The notes below the pieces were generated by a model, which was not told where the DNA came from, did no database searches, and saw nothing but the letters and a program-made list of their open reading frames with translations. Positions 38,388 through 52,200 of a stretch of 64,000 nt of DNA are shown here, one piece after another; within the stretch, counting starts at the first letter, position 1; the number at the start of each line of letters is the position of its first letter. The stretch is from Gnetum montanum (taxonomy: Eukaryota > Plantae > Gnetophyta). The position numbers were made by a program, and so were the translations under genes. The stretch covers positions 433,325-497,324 of the forward strand of contig MNCI01000456.1 in NCBI GenBank assembly GCA_015680685.1, given 5' to 3'.

Positions 38388-39733
38388 TATAACGATGGAA
38401 AATGTCGGTTGTTGGAAACACCAAGAGGATTTCCGTGTACACAGTTTCAACCATGGATCCGTGTGAGGGCTGTGCTGGAGAAAACAAATCCAAGGTGCCT
38501 TGAACGGTCTTGTTGATCAAACAGGGACTTACTTAGTCAATAAATTTGTTAATGATTGTGTAACGAGATGACGATTTTATATGAGAACATAATACCAATT
38601 GATGAGAAAACTAGATCTACTCCAAGATCAGATCTTGAAGGTAATGAAAACAATGCAAACTATGCAAAATGACTGTAAAAATCAATGTAAACAGGATGCA
38701 ATGAATTGAATTTAGAAAATGCATGATCCTGAGATCTGGGATCTATCTTATGGACAAATATGATGAATACAATGGGATTTGCAAGCAAATTCTAGTTTGG
38801 ATGAAGTATCCGCCACCAACAAGAAGCTATTTACAGATTAAACAAGCAAAAGGCCAATCTACCTTGTTCATTAGCCAATCTGGATGCGAGTCAGGCTCGA
38901 AGAAAAATTTTTGATAACTTGCAATTTCTGGCCAAAAGGCTTCTCTCTATCACCGTTGATGCTCTTGCCAACTTTCGTCAACTACCTCAAATTTTTTTCA
39001 ACCTATTTTTTTTGTTGCCAACTCTTTTTATTTTTTTGCCAACCCTTTGAGCATTTTCTTCCAGGGTATTTATAGGATTAGGATTAGGAGAAGAATGTGG
39101 TTTACATGACGCATGTCTTGGGCTCGTAGAATCTTGTTGACTTTGCATGCTGCAGCTGAAGCTTGTAACATTACACTGTGCTACGCTCTAAAGCGTAGCA
39201 TAGCATAAACACCCTTTAAAGAAAATTTAACCTTGTCTTTTGCATTGAAGGATTTCAAACTCTTCGATGAAAAAAGAATAAACTATCCCATGGCCACGTT
39301 GCGATATGCTGGAAACTGTATCATGGCATAATGACTGCTACTGTTTGAATTTTGTTATCCTTGTTGTTGCGGCTATATCAACTATGCTTCTTACGTTACG
39401 ATCTACTACGCTACATTGTGTTACGCTGCGCTACACTACATCGCATAACATGGCATAATACACAAAACGTTAAAGTTTTAAAACATGGTTAACTTGCAAA
39501 GTTGAAGTTTTATCACCGTGCATCCCTTATTCTATTCCGTCCTCCTGAAGTCTGCTACGCTGAGCTGCGTAGCGTAGCATAGCAAGCCCTCAACCAAAAA
39601 AACTTGCTGAGATGTGCAGCTGTTTTCGATGCTTCCATCACTCGGATGTCCTGACACTGCACTTGTGGAAAGCCTTGCCTAAACTTTGAGACTTTGCTGA
39701 ATCATCGAGGTCTCAAAATTTCACAGTGTTTCA
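38388..39733 (-). repeat. 5' LTR of A
   Basis: Repeat of 5737-7049, followed by TSD CCTAC. Confidence 0.92.
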
Positions 39734-40502
39734 CCTACCTTCCCTTCGATGATCTCAACCCCGATCGTGATGATGATCAGAATTCTTGCCCTTATCTTGT
39801 GTTTGTGTTCCCTCATTGAACACTTGGTGTTCGTGGGAATCAAAACTAGGGTTGTGAATCGTGGAGCAAAGGTTCTGATACCCTACCTCCTCACTATTGT
39901 TAGGAGGAGGAACATCATTTTGTAGAGAACCTATTAAGATAGGTTCACCACCCTTAATTTCTCTTATGACAGGCAAAGCATTATGGGGTCCTTTTTCCTT
40001 CAACAATGTGTGGTGACTCTCCTACCACAAGTCCCGTTAACGTTGCACTTCTATGGGATGGTATTCCCTCATGTTGAAATCACATGCAACATACTCAGCA
40101 TATAATTATGACATGCCAATTCGTGCAAGGGCACAAGGAGCATGTTGGGGGCAGCTCTATCTGGAGGCAACACTATGTTACCCTCCAAGTCTCTCCATCG
40201 CAGTTGTTCATCTTGATGGAAGACAAAGGTAAAGTCAGGTATATATTCATAATGATGAATATATCCACAGTGAATTACTGAGGAACTGGCGGTTCTTGGT
40301 TATGTATGTTGTGTCATCGACTGTCTCTAGTGTTGGTCCTAGGCGGTGAAGTGCTTTTGTGTGGAGAAGAAGACATTGTTATCTTGTCAGTGTGCGATTG
40401 ACCATTGTTTAAATTTTCTTCTGATAAACCCTAAGGGTTTGTTTAAGATTCCCAATGATGTGGATGATTTCCTATGTTCTACTTAGCACACAAACAACTT
40501 AG

Positions 40503-40520
40503 TCCCAGGCAACGACGCCA
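40503..40520 (-). promoter_or_regulatory. PBS of D (tRNA-Asp type, Athila-like)
   Basis: Minus strand TGGCGTCGTTGCCTGGGA directly next to the LTR. Confidence 0.85.
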
Positions 40521-40521
40521 A

Positions 40522-41058
40522 TGATGAGTGGCGAGGTACCCTTACACTCAACCATACAAATACGAGCGTTACACACGTAATCCGGTTAAACTCCACAGAC
40601 TAAGTGCCTACACGCCTTATGGAACACCTAAGGTTAATCAATCATTGTCCTCCCAAGCTTACTTGTATTTGTCACGGTTGTATGGTTAAGTAAGCTTGAG
40701 GCATGTGATTTTTATATCTTTTATGTTTTTATCGCCTATGCTAAGAGGGAAAAGGGTGAAGAGACTAAGTAATTAACTTTNGCACTGCAAAGTTTATCCA
40801 AAAGTTCATCTTTATTGTCATACATAATTGTGTGCTCAAGTACAGAATTGCTCGAATAAAGATTCGTTCACTTTGGAACTCTTACTGCGGGCACATGGAA
40901 ATTATTCTAACTCTGGAATGGAAAAATGGCAAGATTTTGGCTAAGGTCTAGATCTAGATGGAGAAATAAGGGAGTGCCGCCTCTTATTTATAGAATTGGC
41001 GGTGGGCTGCAATATCACGAACACGAAATTGTGGCCCATGCAATATCACGTCCCATTA
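40522..41058 (-). repeat. 5' LTR of D (shortened at a single-n assembly join near 40781)
   Basis: Near-identical to 675-1502 but lacks about 290 bp, mostly at the n. Confidence 0.8.
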
Positions 41059-41502
41059 GTATGCAATACTTTTCATTTCAATAATTATAAGATAACCAAC
41101 CTTAAGGGTTCATTCCAACAATGTGAACATTTCCTAAGTTCTAGCTAGTGCACAAACAACAAAGTCCCTAACAACGATGCCAATGATGAGTGGCGTGGTA
41201 TCCCTATACTCAACCATATGAATACGAGTGTACATGCACAATTTGATCAAATTCCAAGGACTAAGTGCTTATGCACATTTATAGAACCCAAACAGTTAGT
41301 CAATTGTTGTCTTCCCAAGCTTATTTATATAGCACGATTGTATGGTTAAGTAAACTTGAGGTATATAATTTTTATACATTTTTATGTTTTATGTCCTGGT
41401 GCTAAAAAGAGAGAAGTGAAATAATTAAGTAACTAATTTAATTTAACTAATCAACTATGCTCTAACTAGTACTAACACCAGCATCCATTCCCACTTGTTG
41501 TA

Positions 41503-43595
41503 TGTACTATCTAAAATCGTCGGCATGAGGCTGGAATGAAACGGATGCCAAGAGATCTGCAGAAGGTACAGTAAGACCCCATCTTCGCATGATGGCAAGC
41601 TAGAAATAAGCAAAGGTAGAGTGCCTTGAATGGCCTACACGCAGATCAAACAAGGACTTCCCCTAACGTATGCTATCACGATGCGCCAGGTTATATGTAA
41701 ACGGATGCAAATGAATGCGTAAATTCACAAAATGTGAAACGAAAGCAAAACATAAACAGAGATAATGGAAATTGTAATAAATGTAAATGGCATAAATAAA
41801 GAACAATGGATGGCAAAATTGCAATAATATGTATTGATGGATGATTGCAAAAAAGAGGTGCACCGGTCAGAACGCAGTTGTAGATTAATCGCAAGGCAGT
41901 CGTTTAGCCCCAATGCGAAGAGTGTATAGATGCTGGGAGATTGTAATTTTCTGGTTGCAGTTGTGCAATGTGACCAAAATCACCCCAAACGCTCAACGTG
42001 ACTAAGTCTAGGTAATGCCCAATCGTGCCAGATAATGATGATCTGATTCGCCCACCTCTTTCGATCTTGATGTCCCAAAATTACCAACCCTCTTTAAGTG
42101 GAAAAACAGGGTATTTATAGGGTTTTCGAGTGTGGGATTCAAATCTGGATGATGATCTATGGCCGTGAGATGTGAAACATGTGAATCAAGTGACAGGTGT
42201 GTGCATTGACCGGATGCACGATATGATACAATGTACAGCATATGGCATGACCAAGTCTTACGCTGGCGTGTGGAATCCACAACATAAGAGCTTAGCATCC
42301 TCAAAGAATAATAATAAAAAAATGAATTTACAAAATAATGCCCTGTTACAATGGAGAATTTTGTCTCTGGCCTTCTGAAACTATGGTCTGTCCTGGCGTC
42401 TTAGTGTCAACGTCCACCATCTAGCATGTGAGCATCCAACATATGAAACAAGAAAGATGAACTTGGAGCCCATTTTTGACCTTTGAAGTGTGGTCCAAGA
42501 GTGGATCTGGATGCCTAAGATCTAGAGGGTGTTGTGTGTCAGATTTGGGCTCATTCGGAGGCTGTTTTGGCTCTATTTTGGTTGGTCATGCTGTGGTCAC
42601 ATTGTGCAGCATGACCAAAGTGTGATCCTAGCACGATCAAGTGTTCATGCTCTGTTTTGAACTGATTCTTGGATGCTGATCCCCTTTTTTGATGCCTGAC
42701 TATTTCCTATTCTCTAGGGTGGTCTGGGTATTGATTTTGAGTCCGTTTTGCTTCTATTTTAAGCCTGTTTAGCTTGGTCACGCTGGGTTACGCTGTGCAA
42801 CATGACCTCAGCATGACTAACTAAAAATGCATCATTTGAAGCCTAAATTTGGATTTTTAGGAGCCTGTGAGCAAGTAGACTTGTTTCCTATCCCCTGGGG
42901 TGTAGTCCATTATGAAAACTTGCCTAAAACAGCTTGATTTTGGCTATTTTGGATTGGTCACGCTGTGCAGCATGACCAAAGTGTGACACCAGCATGAACA
43001 ACTGAAAATGTCATGTTTGAGGCCCAAACCTTGATTTTCTAAAACCTGTAGATATGTACAGCTGTTGCCCAACTCTCGAGGGTTCAAACCATGCCAAAAT
43101 TCTGCCTGGAGGTGCTTGAATTGAGCTGTTCTAGCTTGGTCACGCTGTGCAGTGTGACCTCAGCATGACTAATTAAGAATGACCCAAAACATGTCATTTT
43201 GGGGTTGAATCTCAAAGTTCTGAAGGCTGGGAGCTATAGGGGGCACTGGTTAAGCTCATGGAGGGTCCATGTGCTTGAATTTTGGCTGTTTGGACCTAAT
43301 TTTGGGGCTCCAGAAATTAGTCATGCTGTACACACACAGGTCATACGCTGGGCAGCATGACCAAAGTGTGTGTGACCAAACTTGCACTTTTGGGGCTAAA
43401 ACTTTTGATTCTTAATGCTGAGACTTGCTGTAATCATCTATGGGCCCCTAGGGGACCTTGCTTACTCCATTTTGTGTCATTTCATCCTGTTTTGAAGGCT
43501 CTCAAGTTTGGTCATGCTGTACTCATGTTGGGTGACAGGATGACTTAGCTTGAGTCCTGTCTAAAAGTGTTAGGCCAAAATCTTGTGGTGTTTCA
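41503..43595 (-). repeat. 3' LTR of C
   Basis: Repeat of 59998-62107; PPT aaagaggggccaa precedes TGAAACAC on the minus strand. Confidence 0.92.
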
Positions 43596-45090
43596 TTGGC
43601 CCCTCTTTGTTGATGCCTGGAGGAATTCACCTGAGAGGTGTCGACAAAGAAGTACAAAACACCACAAGTAACTTAGCATCCAGCACTGTCCGTCGGGCAC
43701 CTGGCCGGATGTCATCACACCGTGTTCAAAAGTACATTGGATCGGGGAATGAAGTTTTGAGATGCATGGGAAGCAGGTTGTAATTGTGGGATCAGGGTTT
43801 GATCAAGGGATTGTTTTGTTTAATGGTGGGAGAGGAATGCTCTTGTGAACAAGTCATGTTGGTCTATTTCGACAGCCAGTATCTAGCGGACTTGGGACCA
43901 AGGCATGGGAGGTATGTTCTTTGGAGAAATGGGACTCCTAAAGAGTGTTTACGAGGCTTGTTGTAAACATCCAAAGCCACGTGGTGATGTGCAACATCGT
44001 CTCTTTGAGACATAAGTGTAACCATATTTTTTAAAGATAACTACCTTCTCGCCTGGGGCTTGTATGAGAATGGCCAATAGTCTTTTGCTTATGGTGTCAA
44101 CGGAGTCGTGAAGACCGTTTCTGTTCATTTTGTTCTTTGACCTTTTTGTTTTCTTTTTCTCTCTTTTTTTTCCTTTTTTTTTCTTTTCGATATTTTTTTC
44201 TTTTGAAAGAGCTAACTATTTGTGCTTTGCTCATGTTCGAGCGCTTGCATTTGTATCATGTACCATGTATTGTGTTTTTCGTTGCAACCGCTTAGAGGAT
44301 CACAGTGTGCAACAATCTATCAAGGGCTTTGGGGGAGTAGAATGTGTCTAGAGGATGCAATTGGGTAAGGTAGGGAGAACAAGTTGGGGAATGAGGGATG
44401 CATCATGAGCAGATTGATTAACCTAGTTACATGCATTAGGAACAATGTGGTACCTTGTCACTGTGATGGAGTGCATCCGTGCGTGAACACATTAGAGTGT
44501 CATCCTACAAACACAACTCCAAGAGGACAAGAAAACCACATGTGAGTTAGTCTCAAAACACTTTAAACATGAATACTGATGATGGGATGGAGAAACTGTG
44601 TTAAACTTCAGGCAAACAAAATGAGCAGCATCAGAGTCATCATAGTTGATGTGGTGAATCATGCAACAAGTTTTAGATGAAGACCAGGCGTTGATTGCAG
44701 CAACAGATCAGTGGGCCAGTGATGTTGTTGCCAGTTTATAGTCTTAGCAGACTGTAATGAATTAGTTTTACGTCATAACCCTTTGGACATTGTTGGTTTT
44801 GCATCGTAGCTGACGGGGCAACGCTAGTTTAAAGTCGTGGCGGACTACGAAGAGATGAGCTAGTTTATAGTCTTAGCAAACTCTGGTAGGCAAGAATGTG
44901 GTAGTTTTAATGTCATGCTGGATGGAGCTTTGTGGTGTTAGTTTATCATCATGACGCTAGGACGAATCTGTGGTATTAGTTTACCGTCATGATGCCAGGA
45001 TGTTCTATTGTGCTAGTTTTTAAGTCATAGCTCCAAGATTGTTCTATGGTATCATTTTTAGGTCATGATGCCAGGACCGAAACGTACCTC

Positions 45091-48000
45091 ATCAGATGTA
45101 ATGGTTTTAGGTACATATGATTTGTAGGGTTGGCGAACTCGTTTCTGTCCATGTCGATAAGTTTGAATGCCCCATTGTCATATGCCTTTATGACCAGGTA
45201 AGGACCTTCCCAGTTGGCTGAGTATTTTTTTGGGTGGTCATGAACCATCTTGAGAACAAGGTCACCTTCTTTGATTAGACGCTTGTGTACATCGTGCCGA
45301 TGTCATCATCGCTGCTGCTTTTGGTACCATTTGATTTGATCTAGCATGCGTGTACATTCCTCCTCCATCAAGTCAAGGTCAACAATGCGCAATTCATCAT
45401 TTTGACCTTCATCGAGGAGTCCAAAGAAAGTGATCCGCAATGAGGGTACCTGCAATTCCAAAGGTAAAATAGCTTCTGATCCATAAATAAGGCTATAGGG
45501 TGTTTTACCTGTGGATGTTCACTGCATCATTTGATATGCCCATAGTGCGTAAACTAGCTGTTCATGCCATTTTCCTTTGCTCTGATGAAGCATTTTCTTG
45601 AGCACCATCATGACAATTTTATTCGTGGACTATACTTGACCATTGCTTTTTGGGTAGTATGGTGACGAGAACGAGTGTTTGATTCCTAGGCTCTCACAGA
45701 CGTTTTGGGTCTCGGCACTACTGAATTGTGGCTTGTTATCAGTGATTATGGTCATTGGAATGCCAAAATGGGTTACAATGTTTTCAAGTATGAAATTACA
45801 CACTTGTCTAGATGTGGCCTTTCTAAGAGGGATAACTTCTACCCATTTTGTGAAGTATTTAGTTGCAATGATGAAGTTATGACCTGCAGAAGATGGGGGA
45901 GTTATCAGTCCAATGATATCTAATCTCCATTTCTGGAAAAGTCATGTGATTTGTGACGTATGCAACTCATTCGGTGGTACATGTATTAAATTACCATGTT
46001 TTTGATAGATGTTGCATGTTTCGACCTTGGAGAAACAATCGTACTCCATGTGTGGCCAATAATAGCCTAAACGTCGAATTTTTGTTGCCATTGCCTTAAG
46101 CGCTATGTGCCCTCCGCAAAGTCCTTCATGAACTTGCTCCACGATCATGTGACCATCGATGCTACTAACGTAGACCAACAAAATGCCTTCATAGGATCTT
46201 CAACATAACGTGTCGCCTATTAGCACATATTGTTGAAAACGTTTTCGCACAGTGTCCTTTTGAGCATTCGTTAGAAGTTGTGGTGGTTCACCACGTAGAA
46301 GGTACTCTTTTATGTCATCATAACATTCTATTACATGGGTGGTGCTAACGAATTCCATAGGCGTGTCATTGGGAGTGTTGGTTACGGGTTTGGCATAATT
46401 CGTTACAGAAATAGGCAACACAAGAAACATGTTAGGTGTCATGTTTAAGGCTAGTGTTGCAAGTGCATCCGCGATGGTATTTTCGTTCCTAGGAACATGT
46501 TGCATTTCTATTTTTGTTAAACGTTTCAGCAAGTTTTTAGTTAGGTCACAGTACAGTTGTAAATGTGAAGCCTTCCATGTGAATACATCCGTGAATTGAT
46601 TGATTACCAGTTGTCAATCACCCCGAACTACGAGTCGTGTGATCCCTGAAGCTAGTGCTACCAAAATTCCTCTAAGAAGACCTTCGTACTCTGCCACGTT
46701 CTTGGTACAAGGGAAGTTTAATCGATAGGCAGAGGGTCGAATCTCTCTAAAGGAATAAGTTATAATGGCTGCAGCACTTCCTCCTCGGGAGGTTAACACT
46801 CCATCGAAGTATAAGATTGCATCGTAGTTTTCAAATATGGTGTCTATGGTATTCACGTTCTCATCAGGGAACTCGGGATTGATTGTTGCTTGGTCTTGTA
46901 TCGGTGAGGCGGTCATTTGATTGACTATTTCTTGACCCTTCATGGAAGATTGAGCTATGTAGCGTAGGTCAAATTCAGCAATCATCACCTTCAATCTAGC
47001 TATCCTGCTTGATTCATAGATGTTATTGATGATAGCCCTAAGCACATTGTCTTTGTTGACTTGGTTACGGAAGAGATAATGTCACCACTTTTTCAAGGAA
47101 AACCTAAGGACCAGACATGACCTCTCCACATCGTTGTATCTCTTTTCATGGACCACCAAGGCATGGCTTAGGTAGTAGACAGGGATTTCGGTTCCATCTT
47201 CTCATTTCTGATAAAGCATGGATGCGATAGATGAATCTGATGTCGCAAGGTAAATATAGAACGCCTTGTTATTCTGTGGAGGATAACCCATCGGTAGTTG
47301 AGCTAATACCGTTTTGATGTTTTCTAAAGCTTCCTGACACTGTTGGGTCCATTGAAAATGGACATTTTTGCGTAAAAAATGCTACATGGGTCTCAAATTG
47401 TCTGTTAATTTTTCAATGAAGCACCTAATAAATTGTAATCTACCTTGTAGACCGCGTAGTTTGGTAAGGTTGCCAAGTGGTTTCAAATTTGTGATTGCTT
47501 TAACCTTATTGGGATCTACTTGTATCCCTATTTCAAATACTATGAATCTGAGCATTTTGCCTGTTTTGACTCCAAAGACACATTTCTTTGGGTTAAGTCT
47601 GAGCTCATACTTGAGACAATGTATAAGTACCAAGTCTAAATCATTAATGTGTTGCTTAGTTATTTTTGACTTCACCGTGATGTCATCTACATAATCATTA
47701 AGTGAATTAAGCATCTAATCACTAAATATGTAAGTCATTGCTCGCTGATATGTAGCACTAGAATTTTTTAGACCAAATGGCATCATTATATAATAGAATG
47801 TGCCCCATGGCGTCATGAAGGTTGTCCTAAGTTGATGTTCTAGGTTGATCCTAATCTAGTTATATCCTAAGAATCCATCCATAAAGGACAACAATGCATG
47901 CCCAGTAGTTGCAGTTGAATCAACAAGTTGATCGATACCAGGTAGGGGGAAGTAATCTTTTATGGTTGCTATGTTAAGTTCATAGACATCCATGCATAGG

Positions 48001-48560
48001 CAAATGCTCCTATTCTTCTTTGGGACTACAACCATGTTGGATACCCAATCAGCGTAGTCAACGGCTTGAATGAAACTGGCCTGGTAAAGTTTTGTGATTT
48101 CATTACAAACTGCTAGCGCTACCTCAGGTCTAACCTTTCATGCTTTTTTTTTCACTGGTCTAAGTTTTGGATCAAGGATGATCTTATGCTAGACTATTTG
48201 AGGGTCTAGTCCTGGCATATCAATATAAGACCAAGCGAATGCTTTCATGTTGTCTTTCAACACCTGAGCTATGTCACTGGCCAGTTGTGGATTTAATAGA
48301 GTACTCAGTTTTAATATTTTGACTTCGCCATAGGAGATAGTAATTGGGACTTCGGCAAGGGGATCTTCGGTGATGTTATCGACCTCTAAGTCCAGAGTTT
48401 TTGTCATTCCTTTAAAGCAATCAATTGTCTCTTGTGTTGATGCCACAAAATTATCATAAGCTAATGAGTCTAAATCAATGGACTCTAGGTTAATCTCTCT
48501 TTTGATGGCTCGATGTGGTCCATTGATAGACAATGTTGCAAGGAGGTTCTTGCTATCCAT
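45091..48560 (-). pseudogene. pol: pol of C: RT, RNase H, aRH, integrase
   Basis: YVDD; YFDGV...NVAEYEGLL.G; HEGLCGGHIA...C; ANWEGPYLV; disrupted by stops and frameshifts. Confidence 0.95.
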
Positions 48561-49298
48561 GTGTTTATCCCTGCCAGTTTAAACTGAGAGCACCATGAGC
48601 GAGGTTTTTTTGATGGACGAGTTGCTAAGTATAGATTACCTTTGTTTAATTTATGTTCTAATGAGATTACGTAACGTGGGGGTAGTTTAATGTCATACCA
48701 AGACCACATGGCAGTTTTAGGCCTTACCGAGCCATTGCTATTCATTTTTTCATGGGGAATAATAATGTTGTGAGTTTTATGGTTTTATGAATTTTTGGTC
48801 TTTTTCTTTTGTGTTATTTTGATGATCAAGCTAAATTAGCTAGAGGACACAAGAATGAAAAATAAAAATAAGCATAAAATAAGGCAAGTATGTTGGATAG
48901 TGGGTTTTAAAAAAAGTAGAAAAAATAGAAGGGATATAAAAGGTATAGGACGCGCGTTATTCTAGCAAGCATTAGGGTATGAGATGAGTGTGACCAAGGA
49001 GTGTGGTATCTTTTTTCAATGCAGTGTGAGCAACGAGAAGTAAAGGTAGCGTGAGCAAGAGGGATCGGCAACGTGAGTAATAAGAAGTGAAGGCAGCATG
49101 CAACTGGGCGAGGCGGACAACGTGAGGAATAGGGCAAGGTGGGGCAGCATGCAACAAGATGAGGCAGACAATGTGAGGAACAATGATGAAGGGAAGAGCA
49201 ACAACAAACCAACGTAAGGGGAAGAAGTAAGCCAGTTTATTGTTCGCAGAGGAGAGCGAACAACTGCTTCAATGCCTTCCCCATCCCAAAATCTCATC

Positions 49299-52200
49299 AT
49301 GGCTAAGGACTCTGCGCAGGTATGTCTTCATTCCTTGGCATTCAATTGCAGTTCAAGCACAGTGTGAGCCATTAGGGCTGCAATTTTTGATACGTTTCAC
49401 AGTAAAAATATTTGTTGGATTCTAGGGTTTGCGATTTTCTCATGTGCATTTTCGGGCATCAAGGATGTTGGTGGGGTTTTGAGTTTCACAAATTTTTTGT
49501 GGTTGTTGCGTGATGACCTGCATGAGAAGATCAGACCTAGGGCTTGCTCAACGTGGTCACCCAAGGTACACTGCAGCTTGAGCAAATCAAGGCATGTCTC
49601 AGCGTGAGAGAAGGGGGAATGCCTCAGCGTAACTGATGAGGGGAATGCTTCAACGTAACTAACGAGGGGACTGCTTCAACATGAGTTAGATGCAGGGTGA
49701 GGGTTCCCAAAGTGTAGGACAAAGGTGCAGGCTAGGTGTCGATGGCCTAAATGTGGATGCCTGAAAAGGACCGATCTTTGTGCTGAGGGGAGCTGCAATT
49801 TTTGGGTAGTTTTTTTTTCGTGTGAGTGTTGCAAGAACTACGATTTTTTGTGCATTTTTTTACGTGGGCGTGAGCGTTGCAGGAATTGCCATTTTTCATG
49901 CATTTTGTTTTTTACCTGGGTGTGAGCATTGCAGGAATTGTGATTTTTTGTGCATTTTTTACCTAGGCGTGAGTTACCCAGGGAAGCTATGATTTTAGGA
50001 AATTTTTTTCTGGGCGTGAGTGTCCCAGGGAAAGCTGATTTTCATGTTTGGTTCAAAACTGTGATTTTGTGTCTACGATTTTTTTATGTCTGAGGTAAAA
50101 CTATGATTTTTTGTCTGGGGCAAAACTACAATTTTTTTGTCTAGGCCAAAACTCCAATTTTTTTGTCTGGGCGTGACGTAAATGCACTGCACGTAATTGT
50201 CTTGTTTCACGCAGATTAGGATTTAACTACCGAGGAAAGGGATGACTTCGATCAGTTATAGAATATCATCCTAACCTATCATGTTAGCGAGGCTTAGACT
50301 TAACCAAGCAAGTGGAATCTTGGCCAGTGGAATATCGTTTACTATAAGTCATTCAATAATATTGACCAGTGAGCTCAAATGTATTTGAAGTTTTTAAATT
50401 ACGATAATTCTGTTGCAGCCAAAATGACACTAGCATGCAGTTGACGACAATAGTTTGTACCTCTTACATATTTCACATAGGGTTTACAGCCAGGCTAGTG
50501 TCATTGTCCAACAGATTCAGGTAATGAATGACTTAGTTGTTGCAAGTGTCTGGGTGATATACCACTTGATTTGATATTTTGACCGCGCTATCGTTTTTTG
50601 ATCAAGATTACACTTCTCATTCGTGTATGTGAAGCAAATTATTCGTTTGGTGTTGTTGGTTACTTGTATCTTGTTTTTGTTTTTGGGCTAGACAGTAATT
50701 GTACATGTTTTGTGTTTGTATTTGTGCTTTGATTTGTTGTGAAATTGATTTTTAAATGTACCCCAACGAGCGTTAGGCTCATCAAATAAACATTGATATC
50801 CTTGTCCCATGGGGTTGTCTTGTGTGCGCATTGAATGTTATTTACTTGTTAGGTTTATTTACTTATTTGTTTATTTTTTTTATTTAGTTGATATGTTTTG
50901 TACGTTTTAAGTTACCTATCTAAGATTCTGGCTTTGTGCAGGGGACTTAATCCTTTTCTATTGGTGGTGGAACTCATGGGTGTGTTATCATGGCTTGGTC
51001 CTTTGGAACCTTATGCACCTCAGCCTGATATGGAGATCGAGTCTCAAGGATTATGGTTTCATGTGGGTGCTAGTGAATTTTTATCTTTTATCCTGCAGGG
51101 TTTTAGAATGGTGATTTGGTCTCACTTAAGTGAGCAGTTAGCTCATAGTGTGGTTAAGACTATACTACCTAGCTCGTCCCATGACATATTGGCATTCATT
51201 ATTGATGCGGACAAGGGGCTATCTAAAGTTGATGGTGGTCCTGCCGAAGGTCCTCGATCTACCTATCCTCTAACTCATGTTTGGGAGTTACCATCTTGTA
51301 ATCACTACAACAGCAATAACACCCTTTTCCTAGCTTTTCGTGTACATACATTATTCTAGAATCCACCTGGAATAGTGTATAGGGTAGAAAGGTAAGCGCC
51401 TCTTTGATTTATCTTTATTTTGTTTGCTTCGATGTTATACCATTGTTTATGTTTGATTATCTTTTTCTTGGAAGACCTGATTTTGATGAGCACAAAATGC
51501 GCAAGAATGATGATGGACTTAATTTAACACGTATAGCCTTGGAGGATTTCATGGTGGGCCCCACTCTTTGTGGTGCTATTTTGGCTCAAACCAAGGGTGC
51601 TATTGTCCATTATCACAAGCAATTTTCCAGGGCCTTTGAAAGTTGTGAGGCTCATGGGTGGCTTCATGAGGATTGGTCTCGCAATGGACCCACTTTCCCT
51701 CAAGCGGTTGATTTAGTGCCAAGTGTGCCTGATCTGTTTGCTAATGGTAAGTAATTGTGTTCTAAGTTTCATTTTTTTTCTTGCCATCCAAATGTTTATC
51801 ATGATATTGATCTTTTGTTTAATCATGTTTTTACAGCAGATATTGCTCTTGGTGGGATTACCATCGTGTCTGGGTGTATTGAGGGTACCCTTTTCATGAA
51901 GTATAGGGAGACAGAAGATTCGCAACGGTGGTTGCATAGAAAGGCACCTTAACACATCATCACTTGCCTTACCGATGCTGGTTTGATGAATCTGCTCAGT
52001 GCCTTGACTCCTATCGTTCCCACGACTGAAATGGTTGCCATCATTGATTCTTTCAATGATGATGTTACTTATGTTATCACACAAGTCCGGGGGGTTAAGG
52101 TTGTATTTCATCTTACTGCTGAATTCTTTTCAAATATTTGTGGGATACCAGCAGATGGTGTCAAGGTGGTGGTGGATAGGGCAAATAGGGAAGGCTGCAT

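Larger units (their letters stand above)
5737..39733 (-). mobile_element. Tat-lineage Ty3/gypsy element A (internally deleted; host of B)
   Basis: LTRs 5737-7049 and 38388-39733; perfect TSD CCTAC (5732-5736, 39734-39738); degenerate PBS 38365-38381; RT-RH-aRH-INT remnants. Confidence 0.92.
675..41058 (-). mobile_element. Athila-like Ty3/gypsy element D (gag-PR only visible), host of element A
   Basis: LTR pair 675-1502 and 40522-41058; tRNA-Asp-type PBS at 40503-40520; G-run PPT at 1503-1512; TSD GTGTG (670-674) / GTATG (41059-41063); Athila-type protease. Confidence 0.8.
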
